Assembly: GCA_905178155.1 (NCBI GenBank)
Contig: CAJINV010000015.1
Span: forward strand, 62,001-126,000
Length of the DNA stretch: 64,000 nt
Direction of reading: 5' to 3'
Source: Amoebophrya sp. A120
Lineage: Eukaryota > Protista > Dinoflagellata
Shown: positions 24,891-37,066 of the stretch, in pieces
How the letters are laid out: each line of letters begins with the position of its first letter
How positions within the stretch are numbered: the stretch's first letter is position 1
Program-made: the position numbers and the translations under genes
The notes under the pieces: generated by a model
The model's database searches: none
Told to the model about the DNA's origin: nothing
Seen by the model: the letters and a program-made list of their open reading frames with translations, nothing else

Positions 24891-27800
24891 TCACCCGTGC
24901 CCACTGCACCTTTCCCAGGTTGCAACGATGTTTTCTTTCGCGTCCTCGACAACCAAACTTCGATACTGATGACACGCCGCGCAGGAATGGAACGGCGCGA
25001 TGGTGATCACGGTCCCCACTGGGTACTTTGCGGCTAGATTTATTTTCATACTTCTAGGAGCTTTTTTTCCCCCGCCTTCCTCGTCCTTCACCACCACTTC
25101 CCCCGTCTCCTGCTTGATATTGTGAGGAACAATCCCCCCTCCCCATACCAAAAAGCGGCACTACTGAAAACTTGTGATGCTGATTTGTGACCACAGATCG
25201 TCCCTTTATTGCCAGAGGGGAAAGCCAGAGAATCAGCCGCGTTTCGCAGGCGCTTTGTGATGCTGGATCGCCTACAGAAGACATGCCTGCCTTGCTAGGT
25301 GCCTACAGCAAAACGCCCCTACTCAGTCGCTGCATCTGCCTGCAGTCCTCTACTGCTAGACAGATTGGATTTGTGTACACAAATTTCGCATCACAGATTT
25401 CGGCTTTGATATGGGGAGGGGGGATTTTTCACTTTGATACTTGAGGCTCTTGATTTTCAACTCCGGGTGCGACAGAATTCTGCCGTAATTCACTTCCGCC
25501 CCCTGCGTATCAATCGCAAAAATGTCTGGGTCTGGAAGATTTTAGGACACGTCATGCAGGGTTTGCATGACCCATGAGGTCTGGAATGCGGGACTTAGCA
25601 TGACAGACTCTGCGAGGTCTCTGCCATGCCTATTCTGCATGAGAAACTCCGTTCCAACTTGGTCAAAAGTGGACAGCTTTTGGTACTCACGCAACACAGA
25701 TTTCTGCATCATTCAGATTTAGCATGACAAGTTGCAATCTTCCAGACCCAGACATTTTTGCGATTCATATTGCGCGGACATGCCCGTCCAACCGCAGTCG
25801 ATCAGGAGTTTCTCTTCGTAAATCGATATCACCGTCGCTTTCACAAAACACGCAACGTCAGATATCAAAAGGAAAAATCCCCCCTCCCCATATCGAGACG
25901 AAGTTTCTGATGCTGGATTTGGATACACAAATCAAGTCTGTGTTGCAGTAGAGGACTGCACGCGGATCGTAAGCCTAGGCAGGGGCCTTTTGGTGTAGGC
26001 GCCTAGCATGGTAGACGGCCGCCCTGTTGGCCTTCCAGCATTACCAAGCGCCTGCATAACGTGGCGCACAGCCTGAACTTGCCTTCCTGCAAGACAGACG
26101 CGATTTGTGGTCACAAATCTGCATCACAAATTTTCAGACGGATGCGTTTCCAATATGGGGAGGAGGGATTTTGCCTCACAATATCGGAAATGTCGCAGCT
26201 TTTGATCAAATCCGCCTGCTATCAAATGTAAAAATGTCTGGGTCTGGAAAGTTGGAACTTGTGATGCTAACTTTGGACTCTAAAAAAATCTGTATTGCAT
26301 GACCAGCAAGAGGAGCCACATTTGTGCTAGGCGAGGAGGGCATTTGTCATGCGGAAGTGGCATCAGGAAGCTTTCCAAAAATCTGTGATGCTGGGTCATG
26401 CATTACAAGCATCATGGGTCATGCCAGACAAGCATGACAAGCCTTCCATTCTTCCAGACCCAGACATTTTTACATTTGATACCTGCATCTGGTCGAAAAA
26501 GAGGTAGGATCAAAGTGAAAAATCCCCCCCTCCCCATATCAAACTGGAAATCTGTGATGCTGATTTGTGGCCACAAATCACTTTTGTCTTGCCGACAGGG
26601 CAACAGGAGCCCTGTGGCGCATTCTAAACCCCGTCTGTCATGAGCTTTCGACTACTGCAAACCTGTTTGCTATGCCTAATTGCTAGCCTTCTGCATACCC
26701 GAACAGGCTTGGAAATAAATACCGCCAGGCACTTTCTGCAAGACAAATCTGATTTGCAACCACATATCAGCATCACAAATTTCCTTTTCGGTATGGGGAG
26801 GGGGAATAATTTTTCCTCACAATAGGTAGTTCCCGCAATGGAGCTCCGTCAGTTTAAACACTTTCGGCTTGTAGTTCGGATTTATCCGACTGATCGCCGT
26901 TGGTAAAAATGTTTTCCCTTGTAGCGGTAGATACCTATTCGGAATCTCGAAACTGCAGCTGGGCGTGCTGCCGATGGTGATTTCGGGGAATTCGAATTGG
27001 TCACAAGTTTCGTACACCCGCTTGGCAAACTCCACGGCAGTCGTTGCTTCCTCGACAAACGCCTCGACGCACTCCTTCTGCGTTTGACAGCTGTACGCCG
27101 GGGCTGCGTGGATGTAGATCCCGTGTAGTGTGAAGGATTTTGGGTTTGCCAGTAGAAATCGCATCAGATCCAATGCCTCTTCTCCCTCCGGGTTTAACCC
27201 AGCCTGGTGCATCTGCAGTGGCTGATGTTGTTGTTCGAGGTGGTCTTGATTTGGTTTCTTGGCAGCAACAGTACTGCCGCTCTTTCTCTTTGATGATGCT
27301 TCTTGCTGTGAAGCTGTAGATGATCTTCCCCCGACCATAACATAGACGGACAGCTTCTTCGTTATCTTCGCTTTTTTCACCAAAAACTCCGCTTGCTGCA
27401 CGTGATCGATTAGGAAGTGCACAACCTTCTCCTCCGGTGTTTTTTGCTGTTCCGTATTATTAACCTCGTCCTTCTTCCGCCTCTTTGGTGATGAACTTGA
27501 TTCCCCCTTGTCTGGTAGTACTTCCTTCGAAGATTTTGAAAACAAAAACGGCTGCAGAATCTCGCTTTTCACCTTGGAAACCGGAAAAGGAATCGCGTAG
27601 ATCACGTCCGTGAAGTTGTGCCTATTCACGTAGAAATCCAATTCCTGCAACGTTGACACGATGATCGTGGATCTCTTCCCTCCGGTTTGCAGCAAAGCGT
27701 ATGGCGGTCTCAGCTGTTACATTCTCAACTGTTACACGGATTTGTCATGCACAATTGCCATTAGCCTCCACTTGATCAAGGTGCTTAGCATGACAAACCT

Positions 27801-28080
27801 TCGAAGGGCTAAACAGCATGATGATCTGTGGAAAATCTGTGATGCGAAAGCTGCAATATTGGCACTTTCACTGTTGCTGTTTTTGCAATACAAATCCATG
27901 TAACAGTTGAGAATGTAACGTTTGAGAACGCCATAAAGCGCCCTCCAACGTTTTGTGCGTCTTGACGTGCGGACGGAAGTTCAGGTCGAGTTTCTTGCAC
28001 TTGTCCAGCATCTTTTTTGCGTTTCGCTCCGCGGTCGGGAGGCGGACCACGCAGGCGGGGGTGGAAAGAGACGAAGGCAT
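24891..28080 (-). CDS. DSD1: D-serine dehydratase / D-threonine aldolase family (fold-type III PLP enzyme), 7 exons
   Basis: STPACVV, FRPHVKTHKT (PLP lysine), GIYIHA, ITIGSTPSC, ELHCGNYLFFDQMQ, VKATVIS...LLIDCGWTGMS, LKQETGEV, IAPFHSCAA. Motifs are continuous only after removing six elements plus 5 nt each. Confidence 0.88.
25118..25439. mobile_element. TIR introner, family B, in DSD1
   Basis: TAT..ATA, TSD CTTGA. Confidence 0.9.
25508..25769. mobile_element. TIR introner, family A, in DSD1
   Basis: TAT..ATA, flanks CTGCG/TTGCG. Confidence 0.9.
25863..26183. mobile_element. TIR introner, family B, in DSD1
   Basis: TAT..ATA, flanks TCAGA/TCGGA. Confidence 0.9.
26220..26481. mobile_element. 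TIR introner, family A, in DSD1
   Basis: TAT..ATA, TSD CCTGC. Confidence 0.9.
26508..26824. mobile_element. TIR introner, family B, in DSD1
   Basis: GAT..ATA, TSD GGTAG. Confidence 0.88.
27700..27935. mobile_element. TIR introner, family G, in DSD1
   Basis: ~37-bp TIR TATGGCG..CGCCATA, TSD AAGCG. Confidence 0.9.
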
Positions 28081-29134
28081 AATTTTGCGTCTAATTATTT
28101 CGAAGCGACTAGAGACAGAGAGGCATAGCGATGGGCTGCATACTGTGGCTTTGTATTAAGCTGCAACTACAAGACCGCTTCCAAAGACTTTGACTGAGTC
28201 TTTTCGCAGCACGCAGATAGCTTACCAGCTGCGGCGTCAGATGCCTTCGAGCGTCTTCAGGTGTCTGTGTCTCGGATCTTTTAAAACAATGCGCAAGAAG
28301 AAATCACTACCGAATTGTTCATACACCTGACTTGTGTTCTGCGGCCGCGAAATGACGCACAAGATCGCAAAATGCCGCGGAAACCAAGAGACGAACAAGT
28401 TGCCACGACACGCCGAGTCTTCACACTCTCGCTTCTATGCGAAATCCTTATCCCATGCTTATTTTATTTTCAAGACTGATGCTCCGTGCGTTAGAATTCT
28501 GAAGTCAGAGTGTCCGAAACTGCTTCCAAAATCCCATTTACGGGCGAAAGTAGTATCTATCGGCGGTCAGCGAGGCCGGACCACGCTAGGAGGTACGAAG
28601 AAGTATCCCAGAGGGAAGAATCTTCTAGTTCGATAGTTTGTGACTTCTCTAGTAAACTGAAAGTTTGTCAGTGCTTACACCTGGAGTCTTTTTCGTTATT
28701 TGCCTGACTCACTTATTCAGCACATTTTTTTTTCATCCGTTTCGTTTTTTGAGTATTTTCTTGCTATCGATTCTTTCTCTGGATGTACAGACGCGAGTAT
28801 CAATAGTTTTCGTGCTCTTTCTTACATTACTCAAAATCAAAAAGCGAATGTCTCTTTCCCTGCTGCGCAATTATTGGCAACGATGGGTTCATATTAGGGT
28901 AGCCAGCGTTTCCTCATTATGTTTGAGTGCTGTTAATATAACATCTGGAGTGGCTTGAGTACTGTTGTTTCGAGGTGAAGCAGCTGAAAAGTGGGCAAAA
29001 AAAAAAACAAAAAAAAATTTTGTGCTGGATGCTTATGCACCAGAAAAAAGCTGGCAGTGGAGACGTTTTATGGAAAATGGAAACAGTTCTGCTGCAGCAT
29101 TCGGGTCCTCGACCACTCCTGTCGGATACAACAG

Positions 29135-30246
29135 TTACATCACGTCCTCGTCATCAGATGCCTGGGTTGACACGGTTTCCGCCACGGAAGCGTATCCAAT
29201 GCAGAACGCCGGGGTCTGGAGAAGCTAGATTCTCCATGTCTGGCGATTTCTTTCAAAGATCTTTATTGCTTGGCCGACAAATAACCTTCAGCTTTATACT
29301 TGTGAGGCTTGTCATGCAAGTAAGTAGGACACAACATCTTGAAGAGTTGCCCGCCAGACACGACGCAGCGTCTTTCATGCCCTTTATGCCCGGCTGCATT
29401 CTTGGCAAAGAATCCAACATCGCAAGCTTCCAGACCCTTGCAACACTACTTTCTCTGCAGCGGATAAGCAGCGGCCGCGGTCCTTTTTCACGTCCTCGTC
29501 CTCCTCCACGGCCTCCTGGACCACCTCGAGATCGTGCGTGTTCTTGTCTAGCGATCCGCGCCGGATCGCTGCCGCTTCTTCCGTACGGCGCGCCCAGCGC
29601 TCGAACGCGAGTGTGACTAGGCACCTGCGCGGCGTTGCCGGCTCCGGCGTGAGGGCGATGGATTCGGTCATTTGCAAATCGTCCACCCAGTTGCTTTATC
29701 AAATGCAAGAGTGTCTGGGTCTGGAAGGATGTAACTTGTGATGGTGCATTTGGATTCTGCAAAAATCTGTATTGCATGATCAGGTAAAGAGTCCCAACTT
29801 TTGCGACAGCGGAAAATCTGTGATGCTAGGGCATGCATCACAGACATCAGGAGTCATGCGAAATGTGCATGACAAACCTTGCACCCCTCCGGACCCAGAC
29901 ATATTTGCATTTGATATGCTTTTCTCCAGTGTTCCGCGATTCCTGTTGTAAATTGCAAAAATTAGGTCTGCAGTTCAGGGCAGATGCAACTTGTGGCGCT
30001 TGCGCGTGAATACTGACAAAAATCTAGTGGTTTTCTTTCAATTGTACATGGGAATAAAACGCAACTTACTGTCCTGTTTGCCAGGAACAATGAGAATTCG
30101 TTTCGAAACTTTGTCATGCATTTAAAAGAGCTTCGGGTATCCGCAAATCACCATCACAAATTCCCTGTCTCAGACATCTTTTCAAAGCATACAACTTTGG
30201 ATCCGACACCGGCAGGACAACGAAGTTGTTCACTTTCTTCTCCTGC
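29135..30246 (-). CDS. Hypothetical protein, 3' exons (5' end unresolved, possibly up to ~30800)
   Basis: QEKKVNNFVVLPVSDPKL/NRGTLEKS/NWVDDLQMTES...DRGRC/SVAETVSTQASDDEDVM* reads through three elements under the +5 rule. Confidence 0.5.
29193..29466. mobile_element. Degenerate TIR introner, family A
   Basis: TAT..ATA, GGGTCTGGA/TCCAGACCC core, flanks AAGCG/AGCAG. Confidence 0.65.
29697..29916. mobile_element. TIR introner, family A (internally deleted)
   Basis: TAT..ATA, TSD TGCTT, 220 bp. Confidence 0.88.
29947..30191. mobile_element. Degenerate TIR introner, family A
   Basis: TGT..ATA, eroded TIR; +5 removal keeps frame. Confidence 0.55.
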
Positions 30247-31942
30247 TGAAAATCTTCACCACCCAATTTCTAAGACTGAGATGGGTCGCCACGCATGACA
30301 ACTTTGGGAGTGCTTCTACTGCGGTACCGAGTGCAACCGCATAATATAATCTCGTCAGCTTCGAGTACGAGAGCACGACAAATCAATTATAAATCCCCAG
30401 CTACAACAACATCATCAGAAAACACTCTGTACCGCGAAGCACATCATCATCATCATGTAGTGGACACCCGCACCCAGCGCCACAGGTCAAGGATCCCCTC
30501 CCCGGGGGGTGGGCGAGGAAGCACTTTCGGCGACCTCCACATACAAAAGCCGAGCGCTACCACGGCAAGTCGCCCCAATAGAAGTACCAACCAGTCGGGA
30601 GCTACCCACCACACCTGATCAGTACAGCCCGGCCACATGAGGTATATTCTGGGCATGCAAATTGGTATGACAATTATGGGGAGAGTATTGTCTCGTGCAG
30701 GATATTTGTCCGGCAGGACCGTGCGTGAAGTCGAGAATATGCGGTAACGGACCTGCTCGGGCCCGTTTTCGGTGAGACGGTACATCAACATCTTCAATCC
30801 TCAGTCGAAGTTGTCGTAATGTGCTTGCAATGAGAAGTATCAGGAGCTCCTTAGTCGGAGTGCGACTACAATGCTAACTCGAAACTGTAAGGAATATGTT
30901 TCAACAGCAATAAATGAGAGACCGACGACCACAAGCGAGCTGCAACACAGAGACTGTCCTCCGCAACAAGGGACGACCGAAACTTTGAGCTTTCCTTGCT
31001 GTGACACAAACTACCAATGTATTGCCCTATCGAAGATTTCTTCCGTTTCGAAAATGAATCAGGCTTCGAAATGAGAATCACGACGGAAGATCGGGTCGGA
31101 AAATGACTTTGATCTGAAAAAATAGAAATCAAAAGCACAAAAAAAATCAAGAAACCGGGAAAGAAGTAAAGCGTCTCGAACTCCCGCTGTGAAGATCAAA
31201 GTTCTTGATTTATTCGCGCTTCCCAAGCGTAGCGTCAGCAATGCGCTGAAGTAGCCTTACATTTTCGTCGTTTTCTTGTAGATAGTCTTGTATTGTTTCA
31301 GGTGATTTGTTGACTCCGTGTCATTGGAAGAAATAAACTATTGAGTTCTCCCGGTAGAGGAGACAACTCCTTGTATTTTCGTGTTGTTTTTTTTTCAACC
31401 TTTTCCACTACGGTTCTGAAACAGACGCAGATGAATGCGAGTCTGTCACAGCCGATGCAGCTTCTCGGAATGAAGATGTGTGGCGTGTTTTCGTTTTCCG
31501 GGTCCCACATATCTCCATCATAGCTTGTTTTCGTTTATTCCTTTGCAGCCCCTTGGCAGCTGGAAGAACATAAATTCAGGTATAAAAACGGAAGAACTTC
31601 TTTTGTTTCGTTGCCGATCATCTTTATCGTCAAATTTGGGCCCCCACAGGCAGAAAAACTGCTCCGGTAAGAGAGCCGATCTTCTAGTGAGGAAAAAGTA
31701 TAAGTAACCACCACCTGACACAGAAAACAACAATGAATAAGACCACAGCAAGAAGTGCACTGATGTTGCTTTCCATTGAGTTCTTCATTGAAGAGAAAGC
31801 AGCCGCTCGGTAAGAGGATGTCTTTGTATACGCAGTACGAGCAGTTGCAGGCTCGTCAAGAATGATCATTCTGCGGTGTAAGAAGAATGAACTGAAATTT
31901 TGAAGTCATACTATCTCTTCTCCTATACTCTTTTTCTTTTCC

Positions 31943-34900
31943 TCATTCGTCGTAAAACGTCGCCCCCCGTGGCTGTACGTACGCCCCACCCTTTATCCAA
32001 GAAAAAAACACCATCGCCGTCACATTTAGGAGGTTTTGCATCAGAAATTTGGCTCGCATGACAAATTTTTATTGTATTGCAAAAACACAAAGGGAAATCG
32101 TCTATAAATCTTGACTGTGATGCATTTTTGCGCATGACAAAAATTTTTGTATTGCAAAAATGTGCAAAAGTGATTGTGATGGTGTTTTTTCTTGAATACC
32201 CTTCTCGGTTTGGTAGAAAATCAGGGAAAATCGTTGGTTTTTCATTGCTATGAAGTGCAAAAGCATCGCACTCGTATTGATGCATTACAAATTTCCTCAG
32301 CATGAGAATGTAATGCGGATTTACCTCAAGAAAAAGATTTGTATATGCATGACTGCAATTACTACGAATGCGATACTTTTGCAGTTCATAAGTGCCGTTC
32401 GCTGCTTCAGGTGCCGGGAGAGGAAGGAATTGCAGTCGTCTACATCTTCTTCTTCCTGTAATTCTCCCTCTTTAGAACTATCGTTCCTTGACGATTTCTT
32501 GGATGCTTGGTCCGTTTGTTTCGCCGTCCCCTTATTTTCACCGGGTTCTCCCGGTGCAGCTGATCCTTGTTTCGGGCCCCACTTCGCCACAAAGTTCTTG
32601 GCATGGGCCGTCGCGGCTGAGCCGTCTGCAAGACAACTGTGAGCATCTGTATTCCTGGGTTCTTGTGTGCCCGCATAGGAGGTGGTGTCCTCGGACTATC
32701 ACAGCGGAAAAAGCTGTAGCACGACGGCATCTATGCAGCTACTCGTCCTACTGCGTAGTTCACAAAAATGCGAAGAATATCAGTCGCGGTCGACGTTCCA
32801 TGCTGTAGTTTTCATCTACAGTGACATACTTTCACGTTGTCGTGCGGCACGACGTCGTAAAATTGAGTCATGGAAGTCATGGCAACAATTTTTTCTGCAA
32901 AAAAATTCTGCAAAAAATAGCGAAAACTTTTCTTTGCAATCGTGCGCGTCGTTCTACATCTTCTCTGTGGGATACGTTCCAACCTTCCACCCAATCGGCC
33001 ACCCAGTGCACAAACCGGCCGTCGATTTTCGCAATCCGGTTGCGCGTATTCACTACCGCGACTTGCCGGCTGCACTTCTCGACGCAAATCTCGCCGCCCT
33101 TGAAATTCCCAACCGATATCGCGTAGAAGTTTCGCTTGTTCTTATCCTGAGTAAAAACGTCCCCACACCAGAGTTGTAATGCAGATTGGCAAAGACAGGA
33201 AGACTTGTAATGCTCATCCCCATGAGAGCCATTTCCAATCGTGTATTGGAATTTGTGATGCTGTGAACAGGATGAGCAGATGAGTCTGTGATGCCGCTGC
33301 ACTTGCTGACCTGCACTACACTGCGGAGTGCAACTTGTCATGCGTGACTCCCAAAACTCCTAGGTTTGTGTTGCAAAATCCCCATCCTGACTCTGGTGTG
33401 GGTACGTTTTTCCTCAGGATAGTTCTGGTGGTCGATGTGCGGCGAGCCCTGGAAGTTGTGGGTGACCGCGAGCTGATCCCAGTGCTCCGTCACAAATGCC
33501 AAATCCGCGCCGTTGTTGTACTTGGTCAAGGCCGAACGCAAAACGATTTCCGCCAAGGCCCAGATGTCGCGCTTCAGGTCAATCAGTCGGTTGTTCGCAC
33601 AGTGCAGGTTGTTCCGACAGCTTGGGTCCCGCAGGTGGCGGGTCGCGTTGGCCATAAACAATTTGATTTCTTCCGCCTCTGACATTTTCACGTCTTTGTG
33701 GGACACGATCATGTAGTGTTCCGCGTCGACGCTGGGTCGCTCCCGTTTCCGGTTGGGATGGAAGCGGTCCTGGAAGCAAACCCAGTCGATTAGTAGTTCC
33801 AGCAGCTGGTCGCAGAGGTACTGGGGAACCGCAAGATCTGCCGGTCCCTGGAGAAAGATACGGTCCCGTCTCGGGCCGCCGGCGTCTTTAGACAGATTGT
33901 CTTCAACACCATCCTCGTGGTCGAAAAACTGCGAGATATGACGAGGATTATTGCTTTTTGGACGGTCTTGTTGGTTCTGGCGACGAAGAAATTCCAGGAA
34001 CGAATTGACTTGCTGAAACGGCGCAGCAGGAGCACTTACTGTAGTCGTCGTGGCACTTCTACTGCTTGCTGATCCAGTAGCACCACTTCTTGCCGAAGAT
34101 GAGGATGAGGATGAAGAGGATATTGATGTTGGTTCAACATCTACCTGAAAAAAAGTACTATTAAACTGACTTCTCCTTGCTTCCAAATCGGCCGGAGTTC
34201 TCCAAATCAGCTCGCTCATGTAGCTCTTCAGCAGCAATTCCATGGCCTCAAAGCGCTCCATATCCAAGGAAAAAAGTGTTACAGTTACACATTTGTAGTG
34301 AATTCAGCATCACAAATTTGCCTCGCATCACGCCGAAAACTTGTAATGCAGAGATCATAAGGCAAAACGCACACAAAACGAGACACGCATGCATTTTGCG
34401 CATGACAGAGGTCGTCTGTCTTGCATGTTTTGCAACACAATGGGTAACTGTAACACTTTTTTCTTTGCATACTCGAAACCCTCGATCCACTCTTTCGCCT
34501 GGTCATTGACTTCGCATACCGCCGATCGTTCGGCCGCTTTCGCCTTTTCGGTGATCTTTTTCTGCGGAACGGGTGCTTCGATCGTTTTCCACCGTTGGAT
34601 CTTGTAATTGGAGGACTTGATTTCCAGTAGCTCCGAACCAAACAAAAGCAGCTGGTCCTTTTGTTCGCTCGTCAGCGTCATTTCGTACTTTTCCTCGTAC
34701 ATCCGTAGCATGTCCACCAAAAACTCGAAGAGTGCGTGCTCAGAGAAAAACTTGTCCTCGATCAGCCGCCGCTTCAATTCCTTCGTGGCAAGCGGCTCTA
34801 GTTGCGCGCGGAGGGAATTCGAATCCCGGTCGGAGGGGCGGAGGCCGTTCATCTGTCCAAAGTAGGAGAGCTTGATTTGGAGGGCGCGGGGAGGGCAGTC

Positions 34901-37066
34901 CGGGAGGACTACCTTTGGGGTGTTGTCGCCGGCGTTTATGGCAGGTGATCGTGGTAGTGGTCCTTCTTCCCGCCGTTGCTGGTTCGTTTTTCTTTCCACG
35001 ATTGCCTTCTCCGCTTCACATATCGACAGCAAATGTTGATCTGAGTCTGCACGAAGTAGATGAAAGTTGTCATGCTAGTAGTATTTTCTTATTGATGAAG
35101 AAAAAGAACAGATCACAATACACAGCCCAGCAAGACAAATTCATATTTTTGTTGGTGCGAAGTAGATGTGTAGTAGTTTTTGCAACTACTAAAGCAACCA
35201 AACGGCTCTCTTAAACACATGCATCACAGATTCAATTTACGGTCCACAAGCTCATATCGTAAACTCAAGAACATACAACTTTGCATTCATCCAGAGTCTC
35301 AAGAACCACGAATTTGCAAGATCCATATCGCAGCCGTGCCCGACAATCTGGTCCGCAATCAGCCCAAAAATTGATCCGCAAATCTGGGGCCGGAGGAAAA
35401 ATTTCTCGCTCGGAATTTCCGCAGCCAGCTTGTCGTACGACAGCTTCTCTGGATCTCCGAGCAGCTGGTTGAATCTTAGGTCCAACACCTGTAGCTTCGG
35501 ACAGACATGGGTCAGGAAGTAATTCAGTTTCGACGGGCGGAGGGTTTTATCAGCCAGTTCCTGGCTTGATGTTTCTCCGCCTGGTTTCTCATTGTTGTCA
35601 TCTTGTTGTTGATTCGGGTGGGTCTTCTGGCAATTGCCATTGCCCGTGATGTCAGCATTTATTTCTTCTAGCGAAACGTCGCACACGGGGACACCAAGGA
35701 GGCTTTTCCAGCTCAGTTTGTTTTTCGTCAAATTGATCTTCCGAATGGCCGGAATGTAGCTGTGCAGCAGTTTCTCGTTTCGCAGCAGAGCGTAGTCCTT
35801 CTGCACCCGGCGAAAGCGTCCGTCCCCACCTTCCTCCCACTCGTTCAAGGTATTGTTTTTCAGGTACCTCTCCTCCTTCTTCGCGCCCGACGTGCAGAAC
35901 TCCAAAAACGGCAGCTCGGAAAAGTTGCACTTCGACAGGTTCAACTCAACTAGGTTCACGAAATTGTTGTTCCAGGACATAGAGGGTTGCTGGATTAGAG
36001 TTACACTACCCGGTCGCGGGGTAGTAAATGCTGCCGTTGTGTCGTTCGGTTGATTTCGATTTGACGTCGTCGTCTCAGCATGATTCTGATCATTCTGATC
36101 ATTCAGTCGCACACTCGAAAACAAAGTTTCGTGCCAATCCGATGGTAAGAGGTCCCGGTGCTGCACCAAGGGGCGGAACACGGAGTGCTTCATTTCCTGG
36201 TCGTACAGCCAGTGGAGCATGTCTGTCTCCAGTTTTTCGCACCAGGAAGAAAAATCCGCACGCAGTCGCGTTTGCGACTCCTGATCGCCCTTGATTCTAA
36301 TCCTTTCACCCCAGTAAAACGTTTGTCGTAAGGGACGGGCCGGCGGGGGAGCATCGGGCTCTCGGGTTTCGCCCGTTCCACCAATGCTGTCCTCTACTTG
36401 CAATGAAACTGCAACTGGTGCAAGAAGAACATTCCCTGCTGTGGTCGCGTGTGGCCGTTCTTCCTTTTGCTCCACCATCATGCGCCGGACCCGGGCCCGC
36501 ATTTTTACCGCAAGGCTAGCGCCGACGACAGAGAGCTTGCTTTTTTCCCAGTCGTTGAGCGGGCTGCTCAGGAGCGTTCGAATCTCGTGCTCAGTAAGGG
36601 TCGGCCGCGTCGTGCAGCTGTGGAAAGATGAGAACGACGTCGTAATCTCTTCATCCATTCCCCCCGGGGGCATGATGTCGGGAGTAGATAAGTTGGACTG
36701 GTGCTGTTGAGGAGCTGCAGCAGTAGCTCTTCCAGCGGGGCGGGCCACTTCATTGTTCGTCGAAAAAAGTGTAGTACTAGTTGCATCTTCGGGTGAATAC
36801 GACGCTATTGTGCCGGGACCACCGCCGCCACCACCGCCCGATGACTCCGATGTCTGATTGTGCAGAGCATGATCTTGTTCATGCGAAGGTGGGGTACTAC
36901 TAGCTCTTTCGCTGCCCGCTTCCTCAATGCTGCTTTGTGCTTCCTCAATGCTGCTTTGTGATGAGGCCTGGTGGTCTAACATGACGGGCGGCGGTGGGGC
37001 GGTCGGCGGCAAAAGGTCTACTTGCTTGTTTTTAGGTCGTGTGGGTTGGTCGTCGTGGAGGATCAT
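31943..37066 (-). CDS. Leucine-rich-repeat protein with C-terminal 2OG-Fe(II) oxygenase-like domain, 7 exons
   Basis: LRR-like LVELNLSKCNFSELP, IRKINLTKNKL, LQVLDLRFNQL. Oxygenase-like THNFQGSPHIDHQN/KRNFYAISVGNFKGGEICVE...DGRFVHWV and RFSLIFYQT. In frame over six elements; the LRR link depends on degenerate element 35040-35256. Confidence 0.65.
31994..32198. mobile_element. TIR introner, family E-like
   Basis: TATCCAAGAAAAAAACACCATC TIR, TSD CCCTT. Confidence 0.88.
32249..32390. mobile_element. TIR introner, family D
   Basis: TAT..ATA, flanks ATTGC/AGTGC. Confidence 0.88.
32697..32941. mobile_element. Degenerate TIR introner, family E-like
   Basis: TAT..ATC with A-run/T-run ends, no TSD; +5 removal keeps frame. 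Confidence 0.5.
33143..33421. mobile_element. TIR introner, family C
   Basis: TAT..ATA, TSD GTTCT. Confidence 0.9.
34261..34471. mobile_element. TIR introner, family E
   Basis: TAT..ATA, flanks CTCCA/CTCGA. Confidence 0.88.
35040..35256. mobile_element. Degenerate TIR introner, unassigned family
   Basis: TCTGAG..CTCATA ends, internal TTGTCATGC/GCATCACA, no TSD; +5 removal keeps frame. Confidence 0.5.

Noticed and set aside
12008-28080. ATG6 and DSD1 as transposon-disrupted pseudogenes
   Set aside because: The reconstructed exons have no stops or frameshifts and keep conserved motifs despite 3 and 6 insertions of differing age. Expression data are still needed for proof.
28965-29741. Plus-strand gene made from ORFs 28965-29228 and 29538-29741
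   Set aside because: Also frame-compatible across the element, but the minus-strand reading is more protein-like and continues through two further elements. Not fully excluded.
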